From: a virus
Taxonomy: Duplodnaviria > Caudoviricetes
Strand: one strand, 5' to 3'
DNA: 64,000 nt
Virus record (IMG/VR): IMGVR_UViG_3300007169_000667
Location: 26,421 to 90,420 of that record
The translations under genes and the position numbers were made by a program. The stretch's first letter is position 1. Every line of letters starts with the position of its first letter. A model generated the notes under the pieces. That model did not search any database and was not told where the DNA came from. It saw only the letters and a program-made list of their open reading frames with translations. Of the stretch, positions 20,546 through 31,400 are shown one piece after another.

Positions 20546-23500
20546 ATGATTTGCCCTAATCTAAGTGACCCTAATATTCGTGCAGAGTTTAACTCTTTAA
20601 AGAATGTTGTAGGAGAAGACTTTGCTTACTTTCTTTGGAATAGAAACCAAGGTAATCCCTTGAGTAAAAAGACTATTATAAAAAATAAAAAAGAAGTTGT
20701 CGTAGATAATTCTATTTATAGTAACTTTTTATCTCAGTATCAGGGTAATGAAGCTAAAGCTATCTTTGCAGTAGCTGTTACATTTAGTAACAAGTTCAAG
20801 AAGCAGTATCCAGGATTTGATGGATTCAACTCTTTTATACAGTCTAAAGTTGTTCATTCCTACATTACAAAAAACGGAGGAGACTTAGATGCTTTGGCTA
20901 CTAAGATTATTGCTAAAGTAAATCAAGGATTTAAGGCAGAAAGATTTAGGCCAGAGGAAATTCAAGAAGTGAGCAGAGAGATGCTACAAAACATCTCAGA
21001 CGATGTAGATAAAACTATTGATAAGCCAACAGGTCGCCAACTATTAGATGCTTATATATGGTTTTCACAATCACCTTTATCTAACTATGTAGGTTTTGCT
21101 AACTTAAGTAATATTGTTAATCAGAAAGCTTTTGCTCAATGGACAAAAGATGCAATTACCTTGTATCAAGGTTCAGACTCTTCTGACTTGTATCATGAAT
21201 CTTTTCATGAATTTACACAAAGATTCTTAACTAAAGCAGAGAAAGCGGCTTTGTACGAATTAGTGCGTTCCAGACCTGGAAACATTAACTTAGGAGGGAC
21301 AGAGATTCCACATTATTCTCTTACTAATAGACAAATAGAAGAGGTATTAGCAGAGTCTTTTCGAACCTACTCTTTAAACAGAAGCCAAGAACTTTCTCCT
21401 GAAGAACAAGCAATACTTGCAGCATCGGAAGAAGAAACTCTAGAACAACCTGTAAGAAATTTGTTTCAGCGTATAATGGACTTCTTACGTAATCTATTTA
21501 CTAAAAAGACCAGTATTACTCCTGAAGGACAGATTGTTGAAGAGAAAGCCCCTATAGATGAATTATTTGAGAAACTGTATAGAGGCAATCTCTCGGAGTA
21601 TAAACCTTCTGACTTAAATATAGAACATAATAAACTTAATAGAACTAAAGAGTTTACTTTAGAGGTAGTTACAAGTGCGGGAGAAAAAGTATCCATCGAG
21701 TACACTTCTGTTGAGGGTGCTGAGATTCTTAGTGCTATTGACTATTACTTTAATGCAGCAGTAGATAGAATGGGAATTAATGCTGCATTCTTTAATAACT
21801 CTAAACTAAAAGCACAATTACTACCTAAGATCTATGATCAGGTAAAGACGTCTTTAGAGGCTGCTATTGAAAACTATGAGTCTCAATTAGAGACTGCAGA
21901 TCCAGCTACTGCAGAAATTCTTGAAGAACGTATTAATTCTCTTAAGCCCTTAGTCTACAGTAAAGATGGACAAGATAAGTGGGCTGAAACAGTAGAGTAT
22001 CATAAAGGATTTTCTAAGGGAAACATACTTAAAACAAAAGAAGGAGATGATACCAAAGACATAGATTCTGTATTAGATGAGATAGCTGAAGAAGACCGTA
22101 GTAGAAACGAATATGCTTCAAAGTCAGCTGAGATGATCAATCCTATTGATCTTGCTTCTCCTGAGATATTAGAACTTATTAAAACTCTTCCAGATATTAA
22201 AAGAAATGAATTAGGAGAAGAGATTCAACAGGTGGGAAGTATTTTAGGTCTACCCCAGGTAGGAGACTACCTAACCAATAAAAACTTAATTCTAAATACT
22301 GTAAGCGGTATTAAGAGTTACAGTGAGGCAATCCAAGCTTTAGTAGAAAAAGCAGACTTGTCCCCTCAACTTCTCTATTTTGTACAAAGAATGCCCAAAA
22401 CTACTGGTACATTGAGTATAGAAGAGGAAGCATTAAAAGCTGGATTTCTACAGTTTGCTTCTATGCCTACAGTAGTTCCTTTAAATATTCGATCTACAGT
22501 AGAAGATACTCCTGGAAAGAAACCAGTTTTAAAGACTAGTGTGTTTGTTGAAAATACATTGTCTCTAAATAACTTGATGGAATACTTTGATCAAGACTTT
22601 ATTGAAAATTCTAGTAGAAAATATAGGAACGTAGATGTAAATAGTATCAATGTTCCTACCTTTAGTGTTAAGTCTGTATTAGCTGATTATCTAGGACTAG
22701 CTCCTTTTGTTGCTGAAGATGCTTTTAGATTTTTTAAGGATGTATTTGGCGTAGATTTATATGGAGGAGTATCTCCATCACTTATGTTTGATAGAAAAGG
22801 TAACTTCATTCCAAGTTCAAACCTAAGAATTACACCTATTGGACTTAAAAATATTCTTACAATTGCTAAACTATCAGTCAATAAGATGGTATTAATGGAT
22901 CAAATTGCTCGGTCTGGCAATCTAGATTTAATTGCATTAACTCCGCAGACAACTTCTCTTCCTCTAAGTACTTGGACTACAGATATCTCTAGTAAACTTC
23001 AAAAAGCTATTAACGCTCTTAAAGATAATGACCCTGTTAAAGTGTTGTATAAACAAAGATTTGGTTCGATTACAACATTTAAAAATGAGAGAAGAAACTT
23101 CTTTAACACAGTAGAGTCTTTTTATAACTTATCTAATTCAGCTTCTTATCTTAATTTAGAGAAGAATTTAGAATGGTCTATCAGAGAATGGAATCATATG
23201 ATAGATACCGTAGAAGATTTAAATAAGGTAAAGAACTTATCCCAACTTAAAGGACACTTAAGTCCAGAGACAAATAACTTTATTAAGTACAGTGCTTGGG
23301 GTAAAAAGATGTTTGACTTCAACGGAGATCGTAAGAAAAACTTAGCAGGAGAAGACGTTTCTATAGAAGTATTAAACTTTTCTGGTATGCAGACTGGTAT
23401 TTTTGATGGTAAGAAAACAACAAATCTCAGTGCAGACTCTAAGTTAGTTCAGGACTTTTTAGGATTTTTAAAAGATCGCACCTTTGAAAACATAAGAGCA

Positions 23501-26500
23501 GGAGCTAAAAACAGTGCTTTTGCTACTAGAATAAATGGAAACTTAGCAGATAGAACGTATCATAAGTTTGAGGACTTTATTGTGATGAATAAGACAGTCC
23601 TTGCTTCTTCTGTACAGTCACAGTTTACAGATTATTTAAAGTTTGAAGTCTCCCGTATGTATGATGATAGAGCTAAGTCTACTCAAAAAGAAGTACGTGG
23701 TTCAGAATTTATTATACTTCAAGACATTCTTTCTCCTCAATTACAAGATGAGCTTAAGAATCTTGTGGCAGTAGCTGAGTCTAAAGAATCATTAATAGAA
23801 GCAGTCAGTCAGTTGTATAGTGGTAGAAGAGATACTCGTTATGGTGAGTTTAAAGATTCTCTTACTCAATACTTTCAAGACCAATTAAGAGTTTTTAAAG
23901 CTGCTTTAACTGAAAGTATTGCAGATGGTAAGAAAGCAAATTTTGTAAAGAAGTTTAATCAAACATTTACTGAAGAGGGAGATGCTAGAAGTGAGTCACA
24001 AATTGATGCGATTATTCTAGCTTATATTACCAACTACTATACTCATCAGATAGAATATATGCATATGTTAGTGGGAGATCCTTCTAACTTTAATGCAAAA
24101 GGAGGAAACTGGAGGGAAGTATTTAAGCGTTTAGGTGGTAGTATTTCTCCAGGGAAACAACCACACTTAGATGATCAGACTTTATTATCTTGGAATTCTG
24201 AGCCTAAGTATGCAAGACTACTCGAACAACAAGTTAAAGGTAGAGGCAAGTCTAGAGAGTATGATGAGAATTTTAAATATATTCAATTTAAAGATATTAA
24301 ATCGTTTACTAGGTCTCAGGAAGATGTTTTAAGAAAACAAATCGAAGATGGATTTGTAGATTGGAAACTAAGTTTACTTCCTAAGAATGCATCAAAGGCA
24401 AAGAAAGCAGAAGTTATACTAGCCGCAAAAGAAGAGATTAAAACTAACCTTGATGATATGTTTGCTCAGGACAAAGAGTCCGATGCTCAAGCGTATGCAA
24501 ACTTAGACTTTATTCGTTTCTATCTTAACTCAATAGATGAGTGGTCTTCAGAACTTGAAGAAGCCTACAATCATGAAGTTAAAGTATTAGAAGCAATCAA
24601 AGCTTATAGGGCTAATAAAGGTACCAAACAATCAGTATTAGATTTAATAGAGCAATCAAACAAAGGTATCCTAACTTCTTTAAAATTAGGTTACTATGGT
24701 TCTCCTTTAGAGAATACTAAGTATGTAACTTTAGGTAAATACTCCGTATTCAATCTATTACCATCTGCAGTATTTAATACTGACTTAGAATCTTTTATGT
24801 TTGATATGTTTGAGAAGGGTGTGGACTTTGCAACTTTTGATTCTGGAAACAAGATGTCTACTCCAGTAGAGTCAATTCCTTTCTACAAAGAAGACGATGT
24901 ATTGTCTATCAACAATATTCCTACAAAAAGTATTCTTACCTATCCTATAAGTGGACTACGTAGACAACAGTATATAGCACCTAAGTTTAAAAATGAGGCA
25001 ACTCTTTCTACTCAGATGGTTAAGTTGTTGTTTGGGGATTTTTATATTAATGGAGAGATTAATCCAGCATTTGCACAGATCCAAGATAAAATGGACTCCT
25101 TACAACAAGAGTTTATTAACATGGTTCAGAATGTCGTAAATGCGGAGAAAGCCAAAATCTATACTCAAATAGAAGCAGAGGTAGACGAAAATGGTGTTAT
25201 AAAAACCTTCTCTATTCCTGCCTTTAAACGGTGGTTATTCAAAGAATTCGACAAAAAAGATATTCCAAACTCGGTATATGTCTACATTGACTCTCTTGAT
25301 GAGAATGAGTTTATTAGATCTATTGATGGATCCTCTAGAAGAGACTTGGTAGAAAATGTAATTAGTTCGGCTTTATCTAAACGTGTGCTTAAACCAAAGA
25401 TGTTTGGAGAAGCCTATATTCAATTAGCTTCTTCTGGATTTAATCAGTTAGGAACAAGATTTAAAAAACCTAGTAAGGAAGACGTTAGTAAATACGGAAC
25501 TTCAGGATTGAGGGACTACAGAGTAGAGAATGGTAAAACCCAACCTGCTGATATTAAGATTGCCTTTAATCCTAAAAAACATTTACCTTTATTAAACTTA
25601 GAGTTTAATGGTCAGAGGATAGCAACTCTTGCTAGGTTAAATGAGGCACTTTTAGATGACAACTGGGTAGAACTTCATTCAGAAAAAATTACTATGGCAG
25701 GTGTACGTATTCCCGTACAAGGATTTAACTCTATGGAATACTTTAGAGTGAGAGAGTTCTTACCTACAAGTGCAGGTCCTGTTATTGTAGTACCTCCTTC
25801 AATTGTTACTAAGTCTGGATCTGACTTCGATATAGATAAGTTGTTTATGTATGAGCCTATGTTAGACTCTGAAGGTAATATAATGGATGATTCTATTGTA
25901 GACTCTGCAGACTTTACAAAGAACATGCTTAACAACATAAGAGAGCGAGTTGTTAATCTACAAAATAAGAAAGAGATCAAAGAACTCTTAAACAATACAG
26001 GTGCTTACTTTATAAAAGGATTATACGAGAAAGACATTAAGAACTTAAAAGGAGTATTGTATGACTTATCTACTAGAAAAGCCTCTTACGATGATCCATT
26101 GGTAGAAGGTGCACACCTACGTATTAAACTATTAATTGCACGTATAGAACATCTATTAAAAGAAAATCCTTCATTAGCTGATACTTTGGCTAAGTTAAAA
26201 GAGATAAACAAAGACTTAGATACATTGCAGGGTTATACTCCAAACAATATTAAAAATGTATCTTCTAATAGAATGATTAAAGTTATCTCTGGTGTATTAT
26301 CTGAACCTGCTCTATTCTCTAGATTTACAAAACCTAATTCTAATAAAATCTTACCAGAGATAGCTGCTAAATACTTAGCATTACGAAATAAAGGAGGTAA
26401 GATTAGTTCTACGGATATGTTTTCTCCATTAACCTCAGTTGCTTTGTTTAAAGAAAATACTTTAGGTAAAAAGTCTTTGGGTGTGGACGCTAAGATGAAT

Positions 26501-28360
26501 GCATTACATAAACTTTTCCAACAAGTAGGATTAAGATTTAAGGCAGGTAATATAACAAACAACTATAGAATGAAGGCAAACAGAACAACATCTGGAGAAA
26601 TCATTCTAGGAGGATATATAGATGCTGACAATGACAATCTGATATCAGATGTAATCAATGAGTTTATTAATGGTCACGTAGACATTGAGAAAGAAGACTG
26701 GATTAACTATTTTAATGGTGATAATGTTCGGACTCCTCTTATTCTACAAATGGTTTTAAATGGTACTCCAGTTAAGGATGCTATTCTTTTAGTGAATCAA
26801 CCTATTATTCAACATTTCTTAAGAGAGAATTTTGTTGGACATATAGGAAGAACACTTGGATCAAAGTCTAAATCTGAAAAACAATACGTAATCGAGGCTT
26901 TAAAAGTACTTGGAGTATCGCCTATTATGGAGGAAATCCAAACTCCTAAAGGAAAAAAATCAGTTATTAACTTACAAGATACAGTAACAATGTTACTTGA
27001 AGACGATTACTTTAAGAGACATATAGAACGTTTTAATGAAAATGATTATCCGCCTTATGTAGAGAATAGTAGGAAAGCATACGATATTATTTTAGAAGAA
27101 GCTAAAACTGGAAACATAGAAGCTCAATCTAAGTTGGCTGCACAGGTTGCCTTCTTAACGCAGTATCTTGCTGTAAAGGATCAACAAGATGTACTATATG
27201 ATTTGACTTCTAATATAGATTTTAATACAAATAACTACAGAAATATTACAGATTTTTTCTCTGTAGCCTATGGTATTAATTCAGCGTCTGATTATTTCAA
27301 TGGAGAAGCAGTCGAAAAAATTCTTTCTAATAGCGTAGTATCTCCCTTTAACATTGTATCAGAAGCAGTAGAGATTTCTAGAAGTGTCTTCGATATTCTA
27401 GCTTTAGCTCCTGTTCAGGAACAAATACAAAAAATACTAGATGAAAATAAATATTGGAGCAGAGATAGGGCAACTAGAGAGGTTAATAAGATTCTTAATA
27501 ATTTTATGCATATTCTTATTAGCAGATTTGGGGATGACTATAGTAGAGATTTGTATAATAGATATGGAAGAGATTCTGGATTCTTAGAGAAGGATAAACC
27601 CAACAACTTAAAGTCTAAGTTTATTACTTTGTTTAAGGATAGTAGTAAGCCTGAGTTGATGCAGTTTGCAAACAAAAATTTATTTTTAGCTAACTTTAAT
27701 ACTATTGATGTAAAAGACTCAAAGATGTTTTATGTAGCTATGAAGACAAATGAGAAAGATCCTGATGCTATAGATGCTGTACAAAAAGCATTCATGGATG
27801 GATTAAATCATCCTAATCCACAAGTGTCTCAGTTTTTTACAGATGTTGCTAGTGCTACTATAGTATCACAAGGATTTAATATTCGTTTTAGAAGTATACA
27901 ACCATATCTTCCTATTAAAGGATATATTGATGTAGCAGCAGGTTTATCTGTTACTTTAAAAGGTTTAAAGTATTCTTATAATAACTCTGACTCTAACGAT
28001 GAAGAAGCTTTAACTATCTTTACAGAAGGCATTAAAGCAGCATATGCCCAATCTAAACAAAAGGGTCTATCAGAACTGGATAGAGTGTTTCCTAAGTATA
28101 AATTTAAGGGAGATGTAGCAATCGTAGAAGAGGTTGATGAAGATGATGTTCTTCCATTAGAAGAAGGTAATACTTATGATGATCCAGAGTTTGACGATGA
28201 AGAAGCTTACAGAAGTCAAGGAATTTTAAATAGTTCTAGAGGTAATAGACCTGTTGACTTAGGAGAATCTACAGGTGTAAATGTTGCACGTAAGTCAGGA
28301 AAAAGTACGCCACTAAGTTCTACAGATGCAGAAGTGACTAAGTGTAACATAGAAGATTAG
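20546..28360 (+). CDS. Giant ejection protein B: virion RNA polymerase (phi14:2 gp66-like) with N-terminal zincin domain
   Basis: 2604 aa; catalytic GSDFDIDKL (D1760/D1762/D1764) preceded by RIPVQG..S; FKRLGG block; HESFH (217-221) with downstream EEVLAE. Confidence 0.88.
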   Translation: MICPNLSDPNIRAEFNSLKNVVGEDFAYFLWNRNQGNPLSKKTIIKNKKEVVVDNSIYSNFLSQYQGNEAKAIFAVAVTFSNKFKKQYPGFDGFNSFIQSKVVHSYITKNGGDLDALATKIIAKVNQGFKAERFRPEEIQEVSREMLQNISDDVDKTIDKPTGRQLLDAYIWFSQSPLSNYVGFANLSNIVNQKAFAQWTKDAITLYQGSDSSDLYHESFHEFTQRFLTKAEKAALYELVRSRPGNINLGGTEIPHYSLTNRQIEEVLAESFRTYSLNRSQELSPEEQAILAASEEETLEQPVRNLFQRIMDFLRNLFTKKTSITPEGQIVEEKAPIDELFEKLYRGNLSEYKPSDLNIEHNKLNRTKEFTLEVVTSAGEKVSIEYTSVEGAEILSAIDYYFNAAVDRMGINAAFFNNSKLKAQLLPKIYDQVKTSLEAAIENYESQLETADPATAEILEERINSLKPLVYSKDGQDKWAETVEYHKGFSKGNILKTKEGDDTKDIDSVLDEIAEEDRSRNEYASKSAEMINPIDLASPEILELIKTLPDIKRNELGEEIQQVGSILGLPQVGDYLTNKNLILNTVSGIKSYSEAIQALVEKADLSPQLLYFVQRMPKTTGTLSIEEEALKAGFLQFASMPTVVPLNIRSTVEDTPGKKPVLKTSVFVENTLSLNNLMEYFDQDFIENSSRKYRNVDVNSINVPTFSVKSVLADYLGLAPFVAEDAFRFFKDVFGVDLYGGVSPSLMFDRKGNFIPSSNLRITPIGLKNILTIAKLSVNKMVLMDQIARSGNLDLIALTPQTTSLPLSTWTTDISSKLQKAINALKDNDPVKVLYKQRFGSITTFKNERRNFFNTVESFYNLSNSASYLNLEKNLEWSIREWNHMIDTVEDLNKVKNLSQLKGHLSPETNNFIKYSAWGKKMFDFNGDRKKNLAGEDVSIEVLNFSGMQTGIFDGKKTTNLSADSKLVQDFLGFLKDRTFENIRAGAKNSAFATRINGNLADRTYHKFEDFIVMNKTVLASSVQSQFTDYLKFEVSRMYDDRAKSTQKEVRGSEFIILQDILSPQLQDELKNLVAVAESKESLIEAVSQLYSGRRDTRYGEFKDSLTQYFQDQLRVFKAALTESIADGKKANFVKKFNQTFTEEGDARSESQIDAIILAYITNYYTHQIEYMHMLVGDPSNFNAKGGNWREVFKRLGGSISPGKQPHLDDQTLLSWNSEPKYARLLEQQVKGRGKSREYDENFKYIQFKDIKSFTRSQEDVLRKQIEDGFVDWKLSLLPKNASKAKKAEVILAAKEEIKTNLDDMFAQDKESDAQAYANLDFIRFYLNSIDEWSSELEEAYNHEVKVLEAIKAYRANKGTKQSVLDLIEQSNKGILTSLKLGYYGSPLENTKYVTLGKYSVFNLLPSAVFNTDLESFMFDMFEKGVDFATFDSGNKMSTPVESIPFYKEDDVLSINNIPTKSILTYPISGLRRQQYIAPKFKNEATLSTQMVKLLFGDFYINGEINPAFAQIQDKMDSLQQEFINMVQNVVNAEKAKIYTQIEAEVDENGVIKTFSIPAFKRWLFKEFDKKDIPNSVYVYIDSLDENEFIRSIDGSSRRDLVENVISSALSKRVLKPKMFGEAYIQLASSGFNQLGTRFKKPSKEDVSKYGTSGLRDYRVENGKTQPADIKIAFNPKKHLPLLNLEFNGQRIATLARLNEALLDDNWVELHSEKITMAGVRIPVQGFNSMEYFRVREFLPTSAGPVIVVPPSIVTKSGSDFDIDKLFMYEPMLDSEGNIMDDSIVDSADFTKNMLNNIRERVVNLQNKKEIKELLNNTGAYFIKGLYEKDIKNLKGVLYDLSTRKASYDDPLVEGAHLRIKLLIARIEHLLKENPSLADTLAKLKEINKDLDTLQGYTPNNIKNVSSNRMIKVISGVLSEPALFSRFTKPNSNKILPEIAAKYLALRNKGGKISSTDMFSPLTSVALFKENTLGKKSLGVDAKMNALHKLFQQVGLRFKAGNITNNYRMKANRTTSGEIILGGYIDADNDNLISDVINEFINGHVDIEKEDWINYFNGDNVRTPLILQMVLNGTPVKDAILLVNQPIIQHFLRENFVGHIGRTLGSKSKSEKQYVIEALKVLGVSPIMEEIQTPKGKKSVINLQDTVTMLLEDDYFKRHIERFNENDYPPYVENSRKAYDIILEEAKTGNIEAQSKLAAQVAFLTQYLAVKDQQDVLYDLTSNIDFNTNNYRNITDFFSVAYGINSASDYFNGEAVEKILSNSVVSPFNIVSEAVEISRSVFDILALAPVQEQIQKILDENKYWSRDRATREVNKILNNFMHILISRFGDDYSRDLYNRYGRDSGFLEKDKPNNLKSKFITLFKDSSKPELMQFANKNLFLANFNTIDVKDSKMFYVAMKTNEKDPDAIDAVQKAFMDGLNHPNPQVSQFFTDVASATIVSQGFNIRFRSIQPYLPIKGYIDVAAGLSVTLKGLKYSYNNSDSNDEEALTIFTEGIKAAYAQSKQKGLSELDRVFPKYKFKGDVAIVEEVDEDDVLPLEEGNTYDDPEFDDEEAYRSQGILNSSRGNRPVDLGESTGVNVARKSGKSTPLSSTDAEVTKCNIED

Positions 28361-28374
28361 ATTATATTTAAAGT

Positions 28375-28403
28375 TTGATATTTTTAATTAAAGATTATAT
28401 TTG
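28375..28403 (+). promoter_or_regulatory. Bacteroidota-type promoter
   Basis: TTG, 18 nt, TATATTTG upstream of the 1934-aa gene. Confidence 0.55.
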
Positions 28404-28417
28404 TAACATACGTAAAA

Positions 28418-31400
28418 ATGAGCAAAGGCTGTATTATACATGTAAATAATCCTATATCAGGAGAAAGACATGCTTCCACTTTAGGATATCTATTAACGCA
28501 ATTAGATTTAGATAGCGACTATATTGCACAAACTATAGAAGCTATTTATGATAACGTTGGAAGTACTCGTTCTTGGGGACCTCTTAAATCGTCTATGACT
28601 GCTGCTCATAATCCAGAAGCAGATATAGAACAGTTTTTAGGTTTAGCGGGAATTCAACTTCCTCCTAGACAACTTGCTTATGTAAAGGATGTACAAAAAT
28701 TTTACGAGGAGAGAGACTTAGATATAGAAAAAGAATATAATCTAACTGATGTACAACAACTTGTACTAGACAATCAGCCTTATTCTACTTTCTCATTACA
28801 AATAGAACCTGTACAGAGCGATTTACCTGGTGCACAAAGAACTTACAAATTGACTCCTGCATCAGGAAAAAATGAGTTTAAGTTAATGATGACGGAGGCT
28901 TTAGAGTACGAGTTGATTAGAAGTAACTCTGCTTTAGAGTCAGCTAACGTACAACATCTTCAGCCATACTTAGACTTTACTAATCCTGATATCTTTGATA
29001 CTGCTACAAAAATTATTAATGATCCTAGTACTCCACAATATCAGAGAGAGATACTTAAAAAACTAATTAGAGTACTTCATATAGATCCAAACATCAGTAT
29101 GGACTTTAGAGTAGAGCATACAGGAGTTATGAGGGATCGCAATGGTGACTATCTTATTAGGCCTGCAACATATGATGCCAGCAATCGTAAACTAAGTTTT
29201 AGTCCTATAGCATTAGGTGCTCTAGATATAGATTCTTTTAAGAAGTTGTTTATTCATGAGTTAGTCCACTCTGTTACTGTGCATGCTATGATGTCTCCTA
29301 GTAATGCTACTGATAAAAAATTGGTTGAAGGTATAAGAGAGGCCTATCTTTATTATAAGACTAAATATAAAGGACAAGCTCCTGTAGGAGATTATTACGG
29401 TTTAGCAGATGAGTTTGAGTTTGTAAGTGAATTCTTAAGTAATCCTGCCTTTAGAGATTCTATAGAAAAAAATGATGTAGAATATGCTAGAAATATTTTT
29501 GAAAAGATATGGGACTTTATACTAAGTAAGCTAGGTTTAACTAAGCCAGATAAAAAGATTGCCCCAACTCAAGAAGCACTTGATGAATTGTTAGATAATT
29601 ATTTTGCAGAAGTAGTATTTAATAACAACTTAAATACTAAAAGTAATCCATTAGATAAACAAAAATTTAACTATGAGATGACAACTATGCAAATGGAAGA
29701 AGCTAAGGAGTACTTATTAAAAAATTCTGAATTCCAAAAAAATCTTACTAGGTTTCTAGACTCAGACATTATTGACTGGAAAAAGATTTTTATGGAGGCG
29801 AATAGTATAAAAATTAATTTGCCTTTGCTATATAAATCAGAAGAGTCTCTGCAAAATATATCTATTGGAGAAGCTAAAGAGGCTTTTAGATCCCTAGTTA
29901 CATACTTTCATGATACAGCTAAGTATCTTAGATCTTTACAATTATCTATGGATTCTATGTCTGCAAGTGGTATCTATACTCAAGAGGAGATGTTTAGACA
30001 AGCATACCATGCTCGTGAGTTAGGTGAACACTTTAAGCAAGTAATGCGTGAGTATACAGACATTATGGGAGACACTGGTACAGGCACTGTATTAAATACT
30101 CAAATAAGAAACATAGAAGCTTTAGCTAACTCACTTACACAAGACTACTTTAATAAAGCTACTAAAGCTATTGCAGAGAAGTTAGCTAGAGAGATTGCTC
30201 CTCAAACAGAATCTATGCGAGCAACTATTGCTCAGAATATAGAACAGTTTCAAAAATCTTATGATTCAGCAGTTGCTTCAGGTAATAATACATTAGCTCA
30301 GAATCTTAAGAATAAAATAGCAGAGGAAACCAAGAAGTATAATGAATTGGCTACAGAAGAAAATATTGCCAGAGCATTTACTGGCAAATTAAAAGATATT
30401 AATTTATTCAGTCTTTATGCAGAATCTGCAGCACTAACAGGTAATATTATTACAGGTACTGTGGGTTCTATGTTGAGTAAAATGTATGACGAAGCTAACG
30501 CAGAATCTATTGTACTAGAAAGAAAAATGCGGGGATTAGGAGATAGGCTAGAAAAAATTACAAAGTCTAAAGGGGGTAGGAATCTTACAGGTTTAGATTT
30601 TCAAAATACTTTTGGACCATACATCCGTAAAGTAACAGTTAAAGAAATTAAGAAGGGAGAGATAGTAGAAAGAGAGACTTTAGTTTTTAATACAGAGATG
30701 GATGAGATCGCTTATCAAAACGATCGAATTACTCTTATTCATGCTATCCAGCAACTTAAAAACCAAAAAAATCAAACAGATATTATAAAAGAAGAGATAA
30801 AGAAAAAAGAAAGAGAGTTAGTTAATCTACAAGAAGAGTTTGAAGAGAAGCCTTTTATAGATGAATACTATCGTATTCAATCCTTATTAAGTGATGAAGC
30901 AAGGGAGGCTAGAGAAGAAATCATAGAGGAGATGCGTAAGATTCAAGCATCTTCTTTAGACGAAGAGAATAATGAGGATGAATTAGATAAGTTAGAAGAC
31001 TTAAAGTCTCAGTTAGAACGTTTAGAGGCAGATACCGACATCAACGGTATAGTTAAAGATGAAAAGGGTTTACGTATAGCTGCAAGTATAAGAGAGTGGA
31101 AAAAAGAGAAAAATGCTGCAGAGTTATACAAATATGAGCTAACAGAAACTAATAAAGCTTTATTTAATGTACAACTAACAAAAAAGAAAGCTTCTTTGGA
31201 TAGAGTTAAATTAGAGTATGAAGATGCTGTAGCAACAAAACAACCTGAAGAGGTTATAAATTCTAAAAAAGCTATACTAAATGCAGTCCAAAAAGACTAT
31301 GATGTTTGGAGAGCCAATAATGCTGTAAGAAAGATTAGTCCAGAGTTTTATGAAGAACGTAGAGAGATCTTAGATTCTATTTCTGCTATTCAAGAGAAAG

